Source: Eledone cirrhosa (lineage: Eukaryota). Taken from it: a DNA stretch of 64,000 nucleotides. The stretch spans positions 1-64,000 of the forward strand of contig CAXHJY010001494.1 of assembly GCA_964016885.1 (NCBI GenBank), in the 5' to 3' direction. The position numbers were made by a program, and so were the translations under genes. Under the pieces are notes generated by a model. The model saw nothing but the letters and a program-made list of their open reading frames with translations, was not told the DNA's origin and searched no databases. Every line of letters starts with the position of its first letter. Position 1 is the first letter of the stretch. This document shows, in pieces, positions 1-15,663 of this stretch.

Positions 1-1129
1 AAATAAGGGTAGATGAAGAAGTTATTACAGCTCAAAATATTAGATTTGTTACAGTAAACTACTCAGAAGGCTATATACAATTATATTTGTATGAAATCCT
101 TATTTTAGACGTTTAAGTGAATTCATAGTGCAAAGAAGACATTGGAAAAAATACGAAGACTGTAAATTATATTATATTTTCTGCCACAACTTAAGCAGAC
201 ATATAAATAATTATTAGTTAATTAATTATATGAACAAAGATTGGTATGCATATATATAATAACTGTATATATGTGTATATATATATATAATAGATAATAA
301 TGTATATAATAACTATATATATGAATGCGTGTGTGTGTATATATATATAAATATAATAGATAATAGTGCATATATGTAATACATGTATATATTATATAAT
401 TATATATATATATATTATGTATATAGGGTGTTAGGCTTGGATGTCGTGCTTGCTCCTAAATGTGCGTTTGTGTGTGTATATATATATATATATATATGTG
501 TCTGTGTGTGTATAGATATGTGTGTGTGTGTGGGTGTAATGTTATATATGTACACACGTTGTATGTGTATGTGCGAGTGCACGCGTGAATATGTGTGTTT
601 AATAAAAGGCAGACATGATAAATGATGAAGGAATTCCTTGTTTTGACGTGAAGAAGAAGAAGAAGAAGAAGAAGAAGAAGAAGAAGAAGAAGAAGAAGAA
701 GAAGAATGTCCGAATTATCCTTGCATCATCTTCTAAGATACTTTAATGAGGGCCGCTCTCAGGACCCCGTCTTTCTGCATCGCCGGCACCCCACGCGTCA
801 CAGAACGCACCCACCCTCTGCAGCCTCGTCAGCCAGACATTCAGTTCTAAACAACTCAAACCAATGCTTCAACATGCCGCCACCCCCTTCCTCTCCAGCC
901 AACCCACCGCCGCCACCACCACCACCGCCACCAGTTACACCACCACCATCCACCACCACCCACCACCACCCACAACCACCACAGGCAACACCCCATACCA
1001 TCAGAGAAGTCTTTGAGTGCGTTTGATACATATTCTGCAAATAAGTGTTGACAAGAAAGAGAGAAAGAAGAAAATGCACTGCAGTAAAAGATCTAATACA
1101 TAATTTCTTAGTCTTTCCGTCTGTCTATA

Positions 1130-1200
<71 letters not shown>

Positions 1201-1322
1201 ATGCAGGTGTAAGTGTGTGTGAGTGGGTGTGTGTATATATATGTATGTGTGTGTGTCTGAATGTGAAACAGTTCTAGTCCTGTAGAAGCCATTTCTATAT
1301 TAAATATTTATACTCTACTCTA

Positions 1323-3160
<1,838 letters not shown>

Positions 3161-3299
3161 CATCATCATCGTTTAACGTCCATGTTCCACGCTTGCATGG
3201 GTTTGGAAGGGAGTTTTCCCACTTGAGGCAAGAGAGGTTGTCTTGCTCGCATAGGACTGTCTGGCGGGTTTTCTACAGCTGATATATATATATATATAA

Positions 3300-3668
3300 A
3301 CTCACTCAGATGGTGGATGGGTGCTACACGAGAATGCTGAGGGTGGCTCTCAACATTAATCAGTATACACTGAGGATGAAAAACTCAGAGCTGTACGGGA
3401 GCCTCCCAAAAGTCAGCTCAAAAGTGACACAGAGGAGACTGAGGTTAGCTGGACATTCTCACCGACACCCAGAGTTGACACTGCACTCAGTGCTCCTGTG
3501 GGAGCCCCTACATGGACACACTGGAAGAGGAAGACCAAGGTTAACGTATGTGGATACCCTAAGGACCGACACTGGTCTGTTGGAGACGCAGGACATGTCA
3601 GCGATAATGAGGGACAGAGACCGCTGGGGAGAGCTCGTCCATGGATCTCGGGAATTTAACCGCCCTAG
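3300..3668 (+). mobile_element. RTE-clade LINE 3' fragment
   Basis: [35 protein letters not shown]; starts after (TA)n. Confidence 0.85.
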
Positions 3669-3971
3669 AATATATGGGAGGAGGAGGGTTTTAAAGTAAT
3701 TCCGAATAAAAAGCAAAGGAAAAAAGAGTGCTCTTTGTATAGAACAGAGCTATTTAATTAGAAAGTGAACAACACAATATATAACTACTCCATTACCAAA
3801 GGTTTCAGGACCCCAGACAATATTAACATACGTCTAGATCGCTCACCAGACAGAGAGGTTATATATATAACTTTCTAATTAAATAAATATATATATATAC
3901 CAAAATAAATGTATTCTGCTCTTTTCTCTTCTCACTCTATATTTCTATTTCATATTTTATTTCTCATTCTA

Positions 3972-4007
3972 TCTTCTGATGAAGGACTTGCGTCCGAAAC
4001 GTAAAGA
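3972..4007 (+). ncRNA. Minimal type I hammerhead ribozyme (Penelope-type)
   Basis: TCTT-CTGATGA-A-GGAC TTGC GTCC-GAAA-CG-TA-AAGA; related copies at 28789-28815 (truncated), 58500-58535(-), 21226-21260(-). Confidence 0.85.
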
Positions 4008-4136
4008 CAGTTTCCCAACTATTTCAAACTAATATATTTCTTCATTGTACTGTGTCAATTGCTTTGTTATTTCTGTTTACTTGTATGTGTGCGTGCGTGC
4101 GTGTGTGTTTATGTTTGTATGTATGTATATATATGA

Positions 4137-4187
<51 letters not shown>

Positions 4188-4641
4188 TATAAATGGCTTT
4201 TACATGACTAGAACTGTTTTTTCATTCGAAGGAAATCGTCATATATATATATATATGTGTGTGTGTGTATGTGTGTGTAAATACGTATGGTGTGTATACA
4301 TATATACGCATGTGTATATATGTATACTTATATATGCATGTACGTATGTATATATACATGTAGGTATGCGTGTACGTATGTATATATATATATATATGTA
4401 GGAATGCATGTACGTATGTATGCATGCATGTATGTATGCATGCATACACATATTTCCTTCGATAGCTCTATATCTACACACCCTGTTATTAAGTGTGAAG
4501 TGTGTAGATATTTAAGGAAAAGGTCAGTTCAACAAGTAAAGAATCTCTCTGATTATTGTAGGGGTGGGTAGCTGGGTAGATATAGATACACAGATGATAG
4601 ATAGACAGACAGAGAGAGACAAGCAAACATATATATATCTA

Positions 4642-4744
<103 letters not shown>

Positions 4745-5150
4745 AAGGCGTGTGGCTGAGTGGTTAGAGAACTGGATTCGCAATCGTGAGGTTGTGAGTT
4801 CAATTCCTGGACCGGGCGATGCGTTATGTCATTGAGCAGGACACTTTATTTCACGTTGCTCCTTCTACCTGGAGTTGCGACCGATAGATAGTATTAGCAA
4901 TTGGAAAGACCAACGGAAACATTGTTTCCTCGGTCCGATTTGACGAAAGTCGATCGTTCCTTTATATATATATAGAGAGAGAGAGAAATAGGATTTCGCT
5001 TCAAGCATAGCTTTATACAATATGTATAAATATTTTGTATCTCCAAAGAAATACAGTTTTAGGAAGTCGTAGCTATGCAAACATCGGGGTAGGGGGGGGG
5101 GGGGGGGTTAACGCCCTCTGGTGATGTCCAGCAGAAGCAAGGGGGACAAC

Positions 5151-5190
5151 CGTCTATGCATTTCAGGCTTAACTGGCCTTCGTCAGGACG
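5151..5190 (-). ncRNA. Minimal hammerhead ribozyme
   Basis: CGTC-CTGACGA-AGGC CAGTTAA GCCT-GAAA-TGCA-TA-GACG. Confidence 0.88.
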
Positions 5191-5284
5191 GTCCCTCCCA
5201 CCGCTTGCGACAGCTGAGAATATATATATACAGCGAGATATAGATACATAGATGATAGATAGACAGAGAGACAAGCAGGCAGAT

Positions 5285-5366
5285 ATATATATAGAGAGAG
5301 AGAGAGTGAGATGATAGGTAGATTATATATATATATATATAGAGAGAGAGAGATGATAGGGAGATT

Positions 5367-5398
<32 letters not shown>

Positions 5399-5411
5399 TG
5401 ATAGGGAGATT

Positions 5412-5443
<32 letters not shown>

Positions 5444-5457
5444 TGATAGGGAGATTA

Positions 5458-5504
<47 letters not shown>

Positions 5505-5609
5505 TGATAGGGAGATTAATATATATATAGAGAGAGATAGAGAGAGAGATGATAGGGAGATTAATATATATATATAGAGAGAGAGAGTGAGAGAGATGAT
5601 AGGGAGATT

Positions 5610-5664
<55 letters not shown>

Positions 5665-5672
5665 GGGAGATT

Positions 5673-5704
<32 letters not shown>

Positions 5705-5718
5705 TGATAGGGAGATTA

Positions 5719-5751
<33 letters not shown>

Positions 5752-5765
5752 TGATAGGGAGATTA

Positions 5766-5803
<38 letters not shown>

Positions 5804-5906
5804 TGAGAGAGATGATAGGGAGATTAATATATATATATAGACAGAGAGAGAGAGAGACAAGCAAGCAGATATATATATAGAGAGAGAGATAGAGAGAGAG
5901 AGTAGA

Positions 5907-5982
<76 letters not shown>

Positions 5983-6000
5983 TAATAGGTAGATTAATAT
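5285..6000. repeat. Compound minisatellite GATGATAGGGAGATTAA(TA)n(GA)n
   Basis: About 13 units with variable internal microsatellite lengths. Confidence 0.92.
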
Positions 6001-6429
6001 AGTGATAGATAGATAGATAAATGGATAGATAGATAGATAGACAAACAGACACCAATAACAACACCACTACTAAATACCACAATCAGCAAAATCGCCACCA
6101 ACACCTCTACCATCAACACCATCCCTACCACTGCCAGCATCACCACCATTACCCCCACCCCCATCACCGTCACCACCGCTACCTATATCACCACTAACAT
6201 CCCCACCACCATCTCCACCATCTCCGGTCCGGGCGCACCATTTCCTTTCCCCGACACCAACACACCAAGCGACTTATACAGCACACACCACTTCAAGAGA
6301 TATTATCACCAACACCACTACCCCTCCCCTCACCCCATTCCCCACCTCCCAGAGTAACATTATCACTTTATCACCATTATCATTATCATCATTAAAACAC
6401 ATTCTTATTATCGCTCTCATCTTTATCAC

Positions 6430-6464
<35 letters not shown>

Positions 6465-7654
6465 TAAATAACATCTTGATTAGTGCTATTAACTTCATTG
6501 GGCGCCGTCGGGTGTCTTGGTACAAATTAAGTTCTTGGAGGCGAACCTATTTCATGCGACCCGATTTAGCCCTTAATTCTCAACACGAATAGTTTAGCTT
6601 AACTGTGTTTTAGCAAGTTTGAACGCCCTCCATCTCACCTCACCTCATCTCACCATTCTGGGGAGATGGATGGATGTATGGTCCCTAAATCCTGAGGGAG
6701 TTAGTTGAAGGTGCACCGTATTACCATACGGCGTTTCTAGGGGGTTTTTTTTTTTAAACCTGGAGGAGCCAATTTCTTCTCCAGGTCTAAATATAGCAGA
6801 TTTCTTCCAGAAAGGGATAGAGAGAGAGTTAGAAACACAGGGGAAGAATTGGTCCCAGTATTGAACTGGTAGTTTTTTATCGATTTAGAATGGATGAAAG
6901 GCAAAGATGACCTCAGCGAGATTTGAACTCAGAGACAGCAGGTAGCTGAAACGAATACCAAGTACTTAAGACATTAAAACAATTTATGTAATATATATAA
7001 TGGTTTATTTAGGCACAAGGCCGACAATTTTGGGCGAAATTTGTACTCAGAACTTAAAAAGCCATAACTCTATATCACTAAGCATTTTGTTCCACGCTCT
7101 ACCGATTCCCCCAATGCACCGCCATATGTAATATATATAATGAATATGAAATATTCAAAAGAAATAAATCGATAGAAATCAGTCACAGAGAAAGAAAGTA
7201 GCATTGCAAACGACTATAAACGAGAGAAAAGCGAAAGAAAGAGCAAAGATTATTTTGCAACGAAAGAAAAGGTGAAGGAAAGAAGGTGACTGACTCAACA
7301 CCTTGGTCAGAGCCGTGTTTCGGCTGGGTCCCGCGTACAATGGGCACCGACACACGCTGCCACAGTCACTACACCTCACCTTGTGGGGCTCATTCCTCAG
7401 ACGGGCGGCTGTCATACCGATTTCACGCAGGAGGTCAGCTGTATGGGGTCTGAAAAGGCCTTTTGATCTCGACGGCGAACGGTGCAATGAAGAAGCGGGT
7501 CAGACAAGCCCCGGTATTTGCTTATCTTTAACTGGCACTTTATTGTCTCTCCCTCCAGAAGATTGTAAGGCAAAGTTGACCCTGGTGGGATTTGAACTCA
7601 CAGCACAAATAACCGAAACAAATACCAGAAATCAATCTATCAGACGTTCTAACC

Positions 7655-8832
7655 CAGGGGTTCCAAACCTTTGCGCCATCACCCACTTTCACATTGGAAA
7701 AATTTCCACGGCCCACCTGTGTAGTAAATATTCAAAAGTTTGTTACTGTTTCGTTATTTCCAATTAGCCTCCTGTACTTTTCCTATACAGGTTCTTCGCA
7801 TATTTCCTTTGAAATTTTTTTCAGGTACTATATGTTGAAATGCTTTCCTAACACTCAAAATTATGTATCATCACCAAACTTTCCTATCATCTGCCATTTT
7901 CCGTTCAGTTTCTCATCGACCACCCAACAGATTTTTCTTTTTTATGTGGGTTCTTTGCATATCTCCTTTCAATATTATTTTCTTTCTTGGGTAGCATCTG
8001 TTGAAATACGTCCTTGATACTGACATTTTTATATCACTCACAAACATTTCCAATCACCCACTATTTTTCTGTTTAGTTGCCCATTGCCCACACAACAATT
8101 GAAATTGCCCACTCAAAGTTGAAATTGCCCACTCAGCAGTTGAAATTGCCCACTCAACAGTTGAAATTTCCTACACAACAGTTGAAGTTGCCCACTCAAA
8201 GTTGAAGTTGCCCACTCAACAGTTGAAATTGCCCACTCAACAGTTGAAGTTACCCACTCAAAGTTGAAATTGCCCACTCAGCAGTTGAAGTCACCCACAG
8301 AACAGTTAAAATTGCCTACACAACAGTTGAAGTTGCCCACTCAAAGTTGAATTCGCCCACACAACAGTTGGAGTTGCCCACTCAACAGTTGAAATTGCCC
8401 CCTCAACAGTTGAAATTACCCAATCAGCAGTTGAAGTCGCCCACACAACAGTTGAAATTTCCCACGGAACAGTTGAGGTCGCCCACTCTACAGTGGAAAT
8501 TGCCCACTCAACAGTTGAAATGCCCACACAACAGTTGAAATTGCCCACACAACAGTTAAAATTGCCCACTCAACAGTTAAAATTGCCCACTCAACAGTTG
8601 AAATTGCCCACACAACAGTTGAAATTGCCCACTCAACAGTTGAAATTGCCCACACAACAGTTGAAATTGCCCACACAACAGTTGAAATTGCCTACACAAC
8701 AGTTGAAATTGCCTATACAACAGTTGAAATTGCCCACACAACAGTTGAAATTGCCCACTCTACAGTTGAGGTCGACCACTCTATAGTTAGTCACCCACCG
8801 TTATGCGATATCACCCATGTTGAGAAACCCTG
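7655..8832. mobile_element. Non-autonomous hAT (Charlie-like) transposon with internal minisatellite
   Basis: TIRs CAGGGGTTCCAAAC / GTTGAGAAACCCTG; perfect 8-bp TSD TTCTAACC at 7647-7654 and 8833-8840. Confidence 0.88.
8076..8785. repeat. 21-bp minisatellite CAGTTGAAATTGCCCAC(T/A)CAA, about 33 units
   Basis: Direct tandem repetition; some 19-bp variant units. Confidence 0.97.
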
Positions 8833-9007
8833 TTCTAACCGAAATGGCAGATGGAAAAAGGAAATTGAAAACAACAAAAAGAAAAAAAGAAGACATGCAA
8901 ACGAATACCCAATCGTCGCTACCCCCAATACGAGCCCGGAGAATGTGGAGGGAGCCCTCACTGGCGTGTAGAAACCCTGCTACAAGCTGCCTCTCAGAGG
9001 AGAGAAG

Positions 9008-9090
9008 GACAAAATTGAGAAAGAATTAGCCTGGAGGAAAGTGAGGGAGACGCGTTGATATAGCCATTCCAACTGGCAGGGCTCAACTCC
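9008..9090 (-). mobile_element. CRE-like RLE fragment
   Basis: EPCQLEWLYQRVSLTFLQANSFSILS matches the two other copies. Confidence 0.55.
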
Positions 9091-9738
9091 TACCAATTAC
9101 CACCATTATGGAGTTCTAAGGACTTTGCTGTTTGCACAGTTTTCGCATCATTTCGTCATTTTTAATAATGGTTTGATTAAATCAACCCCAGTGCGGTGTT
9201 ACTGGTACTTTATTTTATCGAACTCGTAAGAATGAACGGCAAAGCTACCCTCGGCGAGATTTGAACGCAGATCATAAAGGGCCGTAACTCTAAGCTGCAA
9301 AGCATAGAGTATCCGACCCTCCACCGATACTGCCAAACCACCGCCCTAAGCTAAATAATAATAATAAGAAGAAGAATTTCTACTTTAGGCATAAGACCAA
9401 CATTTTGAAGGGGAGGGGCAAGTTGATTAAATCGACCTCAGTACATTACTGGTACTTTATTTTATCGACTCCGATAGAGAGAATAAGAAAGAGATACAGA
9501 GGAAGAATCAAACCCAGTACATTACTGGTACTTTATTTTATCGACCCCGTAAGGATGGAAGGCAAAGTTAACCTCGGCGGGATTTGAACTGAGAATGTAA
9601 AGGAACGTAACTATATGCCACAAAGCATATTGGCCGAAAGGAGAGAAGTAAAAGATCGTTATCCTTATCATTCCTCTCAACTTCATCATCACCATTATTA
9701 TCACCATAATCATCAGCTTTAGCATCATTATTATCACC

Positions 9739-9926
9739 AGTGGATTGGCAGAGTCGGTAGAGGGTTGGACGCCATGCTTTGACACATAGAGTTACGGCCC
9801 TTGCCATTCTGAGTTCAAATCCCGCCGAGGTTAACTTTGCCTTTCATCCTTACTGGGTCGATAAAATAAAGTACCAGTAATACACTGGGATAATTGCTGG
9901 CCTTGTGCCAAAAGTAGAAACAATTA
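9739..9926 (+). mobile_element. tRNA-derived SINE with Meta-like domain (family 1)
   Basis: A box TGGCAGAGTCGG, B box GAGTTCAAATCC, core GCCTTTCATCCTTACnGGGTCGATAAAATAAAGTACCAG, tail GGCCTTGTGCCAAAAGTAGAAAC. Confidence 0.85.
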
Positions 9927-10338
9927 TCACCAAAACCATGCCATCATTATTATCACCATTATCATCACCATTATCATCATAATCATCATCATCATCATTA
10001 TCATCATCATTATCATCACCATAATCATCATCATAATCATCATCATTATCATCATCATTATCATCACCATTGCCATCATCATCATTATCATTATCATCAT
10101 TATCATCATCATCATTATTATCATCATCATCATAATCATCATCATCATAATGAGGTTTATGAGCCCGTGCATAAAACAACATAATCACCCCAGACTGCCA
10201 TTAGCCTGGTTTCTTTTTTCAAAGGTTCGGTTTACCTACGGTTCATATCCTTGTCTGTGTGTGTATATATATATATATATATATAATGTGTGTGTGTGTG
10301 CGTGTGTGTGCATATATACATATCTGTATACATACATA

Positions 10339-10389
<51 letters not shown>

Positions 10390-10476
10390 GTATATATATA
10401 AGTATATGTATACATATATATGGATATGAATATGTATATATGTATGAATGAATATATATATATATATGTATATATG

Positions 10477-10534
<58 letters not shown>

Positions 10535-10725
10535 AATATATGTATATATGAACATATATATATATATATGTATATATGAACATATATATATATATATATG
10601 TATATATGAACATATATATATATATATATGTATATATGAACATATATAAATATATATATGTATATATGAACATATATATATATGTATATATGAACATATA
10701 TAAATATATATATGTATATATGAAC

Positions 10726-10757
<32 letters not shown>

Positions 10758-10924
10758 GAACATATATATGTATATATATATATATATATGTATATATGAA
10801 CATATATATATATATGTATATATGAATATATATATATATGTATATATGAATATATATATGTATATATGAACATATATAAATATATATATGTATATATGAA
10901 CATATATATATATATATATATATG

Positions 10925-10969
<45 letters not shown>

Positions 10970-11208
10970 TATACATATATGTATATTTACATATATATAT
11001 ATATATATGTATGCATATTGTTATGCTTTGGGAGGGTCATGTTGCTAAACAAATTCAGAAACGATAAAAAAAAAATATATATATATATATTTCTCCCGAA
11101 TGAAACAGCTCCAGTCCAGTAGAACCCATTTCTATATTAAATATGTATACCCTGCTATGTATTGAGTACCTTACTTACTGTGGTTACACCCGATTGAACC
11201 CGGGATAA

Positions 11209-11265
<57 letters not shown>

Positions 11266-11678
11266 CATGTATATACAAGTCGACAGGCAGAACGAAGGAG
11301 AGACAGAAAATAAGGATATGGTGTGAGCGAATGTGACAGTAAATATCTTGGACCCTGGCTAAGAAGTAACACCGCTAATTCTTTCCCGGCACCCAGCTCC
11401 CGACTCCAACCCTAAAACCCTCAGCTACCCAGCTCCCATTAACAGCTACCCATCTCTGTCCCCTAGTCCACACACCCACCCCATCAATATACTAACAGTG
11501 TTTTTATAGTAGATATCTTTTGTCAAATCTTCCATTCAGCCCACCCGCCCACCCCAACATAAGAAAAAATCTGCCAACCCCCACTACACCGCATCCCTAC
11601 TCTGTTTCCGCTATTCCTTTCATCTTTTACTCAACGCATCATCTGTAATAAATACATATGTATATATATCATGTTTTA

Positions 11679-11752
<74 letters not shown>

Positions 11753-12018
11753 ATATCCTTTCGCCATTTTTTCCCATATTCCCCCTCCCCAACGTCCATT
11801 CATTTCACACCCTCACAATAATTTCCCTTACACACACGTACACATGCACACATACACACGCACACACACACATATATATATAAGTAGCTACACCCCACCC
11901 TGGTCGTACACCCCCGCCACTAACTTCATATTCCTCTATCTTGATCACTAATCTCTACCACGCCTATATGTATTGAGACGTTAAACTGGTCTGATTATAT
12001 ACATTATATATATATTAC

Positions 12019-12071
<53 letters not shown>

Positions 12072-12238
12072 GAGTGTTCATAAGTGCAGATATCAATGTA
12101 TTTCATATTTGAATATATATATATATGTATATACATATATATATATATATATAAGTATATATATATGTATAATATATACTTACAAATATACATAATTATA
12201 TTTAATGTCTTTTCTTGGTCATGTAAATGAATATATGA

Positions 12239-12297
<59 letters not shown>

Positions 12298-12324
12298 TAG
12301 ATAGATAGATAGATATATATACGC

Positions 12325-12357
<33 letters not shown>

Positions 12358-12370
12358 GATATATATACGC

Positions 12371-12436
<66 letters not shown>

Positions 12437-12642
12437 ATATATGTGTGTATATATGTATATATATACATACATACATATATATATGTATCTATGGGTGTGT
12501 GTGTGTATATGTACTACACACAGTCACAAGCAACCTTTTTACCAGTAACCATCAAATGTACTCTAGATCCTGTCGACCGTACGATGATGGCATTTCGTAC
12601 TGAAACCTTACATAGACGAGTGCATGGTATCACACACACACA

Positions 12643-12687
<45 letters not shown>

Positions 12688-12696
12688 ACACACACA

Positions 12697-12730
<34 letters not shown>

Positions 12731-13339
12731 ATACGCATACAAGCACACACATTTACATTTATACACACAAATTTGTATATATACATACATACACATTGAA
12801 AGAGTCTGGGATACACACACACACACACGCACACGTACATGCACACGTACACGCACACTGACAAACACAAGCCCATGTACACACATACACATGCAAGCAT
12901 ATAAACACACATGTATACGCACACACACTTATACACACACACACACACAGACTCACAATCACACACTCATATACACAGACATATATACACACACATACTC
13001 ACACAGACATACACACAAATATACACACACATAAATATACACACACATACACACACACACACACAAATATACACACACATTTGCATACATATTCGCACAC
13101 AGCCCTATACAGTCAAACATTCACTGTTAGCCCTATACTATCCAAGACTCCAGTCAGCCATTTATTTACAGTTTGTGATGTCATTGGAGATGTAGATGGA
13201 AAATATTCAAGAGAATAGCTAGACAATGCAAAACAATCATTTAACGCCATCTTCGGTGGTAGTGTGACCAGTAATTTCGAAAGGAAGGGAAAATCGTTTA
13301 AATCGACCCCCAGTGTCTCACTGGTACTTTATGTTATCC

Positions 13340-13528
13340 TCTTCTTCTTCGCCCATTTATTCCTGAGGGAGGGTCAGAGTCCTGAAACACTCCTTACAGC
13401 GAGTCCTGTCAGAAGCAACCGTTTCCAAGTGATCCGGCTGGATCCCCAAGTTTGACTAACCAAGATCATGGATGTTATTCAACCATCTTGCTCGGGGTCT
13501 ACTCCTGGGTTCCCTTCCGGTTGGTTTT
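13340..13528 (-). mobile_element. Rex3/Expander-like RTE 3' end with (GAA)n tail
   Basis: Manual translation KPTGREPRSRPRARWLNNIHDLG*SNLGIQPDHLETVASDR. Confidence 0.7.
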
Positions 13529-13554
13529 GTATAATATATAGAAATATATATATA

Positions 13555-13673
13555 TATTCTGATGAAATGACAGTTGATAATAACATTGAAATATTGAATG
13601 TCTGCATAACTAATACTTTGTAGATAGCAGCTGTTTTCAGGTTATGTAACTGTTATAGAAACACGTGTCAATA
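13555..13673 (+). ncRNA. Hammerhead ribozyme with long (~90 nt) stem II
   Basis: TATT-CTGATGA-A-ATGACAGTT..AACTGTTAT-A-GAAA-CACGTG-TC-AATA. Confidence 0.75.
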
Positions 13674-13819
13674 AATTCCTTTTAACTAAACTATCCATTT
13701 AAATCCTTCTATTTTTCTCCGGATTACTTTTGGAACTACAACTGGAACCGTCGAGCAAACTCTACGTGAGCTGTCCATCTACTGTGTGTAATATTTATAT
13801 TACAACACTACGGAAAATA

Positions 13820-13889
<70 letters not shown>

Positions 13890-13922
13890 AGACCAGGATA
13901 TGTGTATAGACCAGGATTTTTT

Positions 13923-13976
13923 CATTCTGATGATTAAAAGCAAAATTTTTTGCTTTTAAGAAACCACTGGTAAATG
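13923..13976 (+). ncRNA. Hammerhead ribozyme
   Basis: CATT-CTGATGA-TTAAAAGCA..TGCTTTTAA-GAAA-CCACTGG-TA-AATG. Confidence 0.85.
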
Positions 13977-14004
13977 GAATAATTGCCTTATGTTGTTTAT
14001 TACA

Positions 14005-14095
<91 letters not shown>

Positions 14096-14148
14096 CAGGA
14101 AAGAAGAGTGACACGGTTTGCTATACAAAAAAGGTTTTTAATCTGATT

Positions 14149-14254
14149 GCTGACAATTGTTTCTCTGAACTGGTAGGTCTAGAGATCGCTACCCGCTTGT
14201 TTTCACGTCATTCGATCACCAATACATTGTTGTAACCAGTCAATTCATCGGAGC
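14149..14254 (-). ncRNA. Hammerhead-like motif, long stem II, variant core CCGATGA
   Basis: GCT-CCGATGA-A-TTGACTGGT..ACCAGTTCAG-A-GAAA-CAATTG-TC-AGC. Confidence 0.6.
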
Positions 14255-14577
14255 TTGTGAGAATGAAAGGAATATACAGGCATGGCTACTATATATAGTA
14301 GTAATGGCAATAATCTGTTACCCCGTATATATATATATATATGTTAGTATTTCCGAAGAAAAGGCAAATTAAAAGGAGCGCTCTATGTATAAAACAGAGC
14401 TATTTAATTATATATTGTGTTGTTCACTTTCTAAATAAATAAATTATATATATATATATATATATTTTAATAAATATTTGCTCTACGGTTCTTATATATT
14501 TGATATATATTTATCCTTATCGAGCCCTCTTTGGATTTTAGTCTTCAAATTTATTATTATTACTATATATATATATA

Positions 14578-14745
14578 TGTTTCTACTTTAGGCACAAGGC
14601 CAGCAATTACCCAGTACATTACTGGTACTTTATTTTATCGACCCCGTAAGGATGAAAGGCAAAGTTAACCTCGGCGGGATTTGAACTCAGACTGTAAAGG
14701 GACGTAACTATGCTAGAAAGCATGGCGTCCAACCCTCTACCGATC
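14578..14745 (-). mobile_element. SINE family 1; further - copies at about 9180-9350, 9510-9640, 44385-44594, 44605-44790, 61721-61902
   Basis: Reverse complement of the same consensus. Confidence 0.85.
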
Positions 14746-14749
14746 GGCC

Positions 14750-15040
14750 ACAGATCACCATGGGTTTTGCGGCGCCTAGAAAGTTCCCTCTCCAAGGCAC
14801 AAGTCCAAGCAATATTGGTTTATGGAAGACCAGCAGCCTCCCATACATACCAGACTCCGCCTCTTCATGCCACCGATGTTGTCCAAGGGAAAGGCAATGG
14901 ACAATACAGCTTGGCACCAGTGACGTCTCAACTCATACCTACAGCTCAGTAAACTGGAGCAACACGAAATATAAAGTGTCTTGCTCAAGGTCACATAGTA
15001 TCACCCAGTCAGAGAATCGAACTAACAAACTCATGATTGC
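14750..15040 (-). mobile_element. SINE family 2 variant with a different, RTE-like 3' body
   Basis: Same CTTGAGCAAGACACTTT core followed by CACTGGTGCCAAGCTGTAT..CCTTTCCCTTGGACAACATCGG, which resembles RTE-derived SINE bodies from memory. Confidence 0.55.
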
Positions 15041-15629
15041 GCGCCGAGGTTAACTTTGCCTTTCATCCTTACAGGGTCGATAAAATAAAGTACCAGTAAT
15101 GTACTGGGATAATTGTTGGCCTTGTGCCAAAAATAGAAACAATTATATTATATGCATATAATGGCCATTACCATTCTGAGTTCAAATCCCGCCGAGGTTA
15201 AATTTGCCTTTCATCCTTATGGGGTCGATAAAATAAAGTACCAGTAATGTACTGGGTAATTGCTGGCCTTGTGCCTAAAATAGAAACAATTATATATATA
15301 TATATCGAGAGAGAGAGATGGATAGATAGAGAGATGGATATATATATATATAGATAGATGGATAGATAGATATAGATACATATATGGATGCCAGTGTCTA
15401 CAGTAAAGGATGATTAAATTCAGGATGTAATCAATCGCTCCTCTCTTCCTCCACCTACTCCTCTCTTCCTATCCCTCCACCTGCCCTCCATCTATGCCCG
15501 CTCCTTCTTACTCACATCTCCAAAACTTCATCCTTGGTGTTGGTAAACATCTGTACTTATACGCTTAAAAGCAATCAAATGTACATACCTGCGTATTTGT
15601 ATGTGTATATATGTATATATGTATATATG

Positions 15630-15663
<34 letters not shown>

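Noticed and set aside
8076-8785. CRISPR-like array or PTQQLKL repeat protein
   Set aside because: No unique spacers and no cas genes; a contiguous tandem unit inside hAT TIRs
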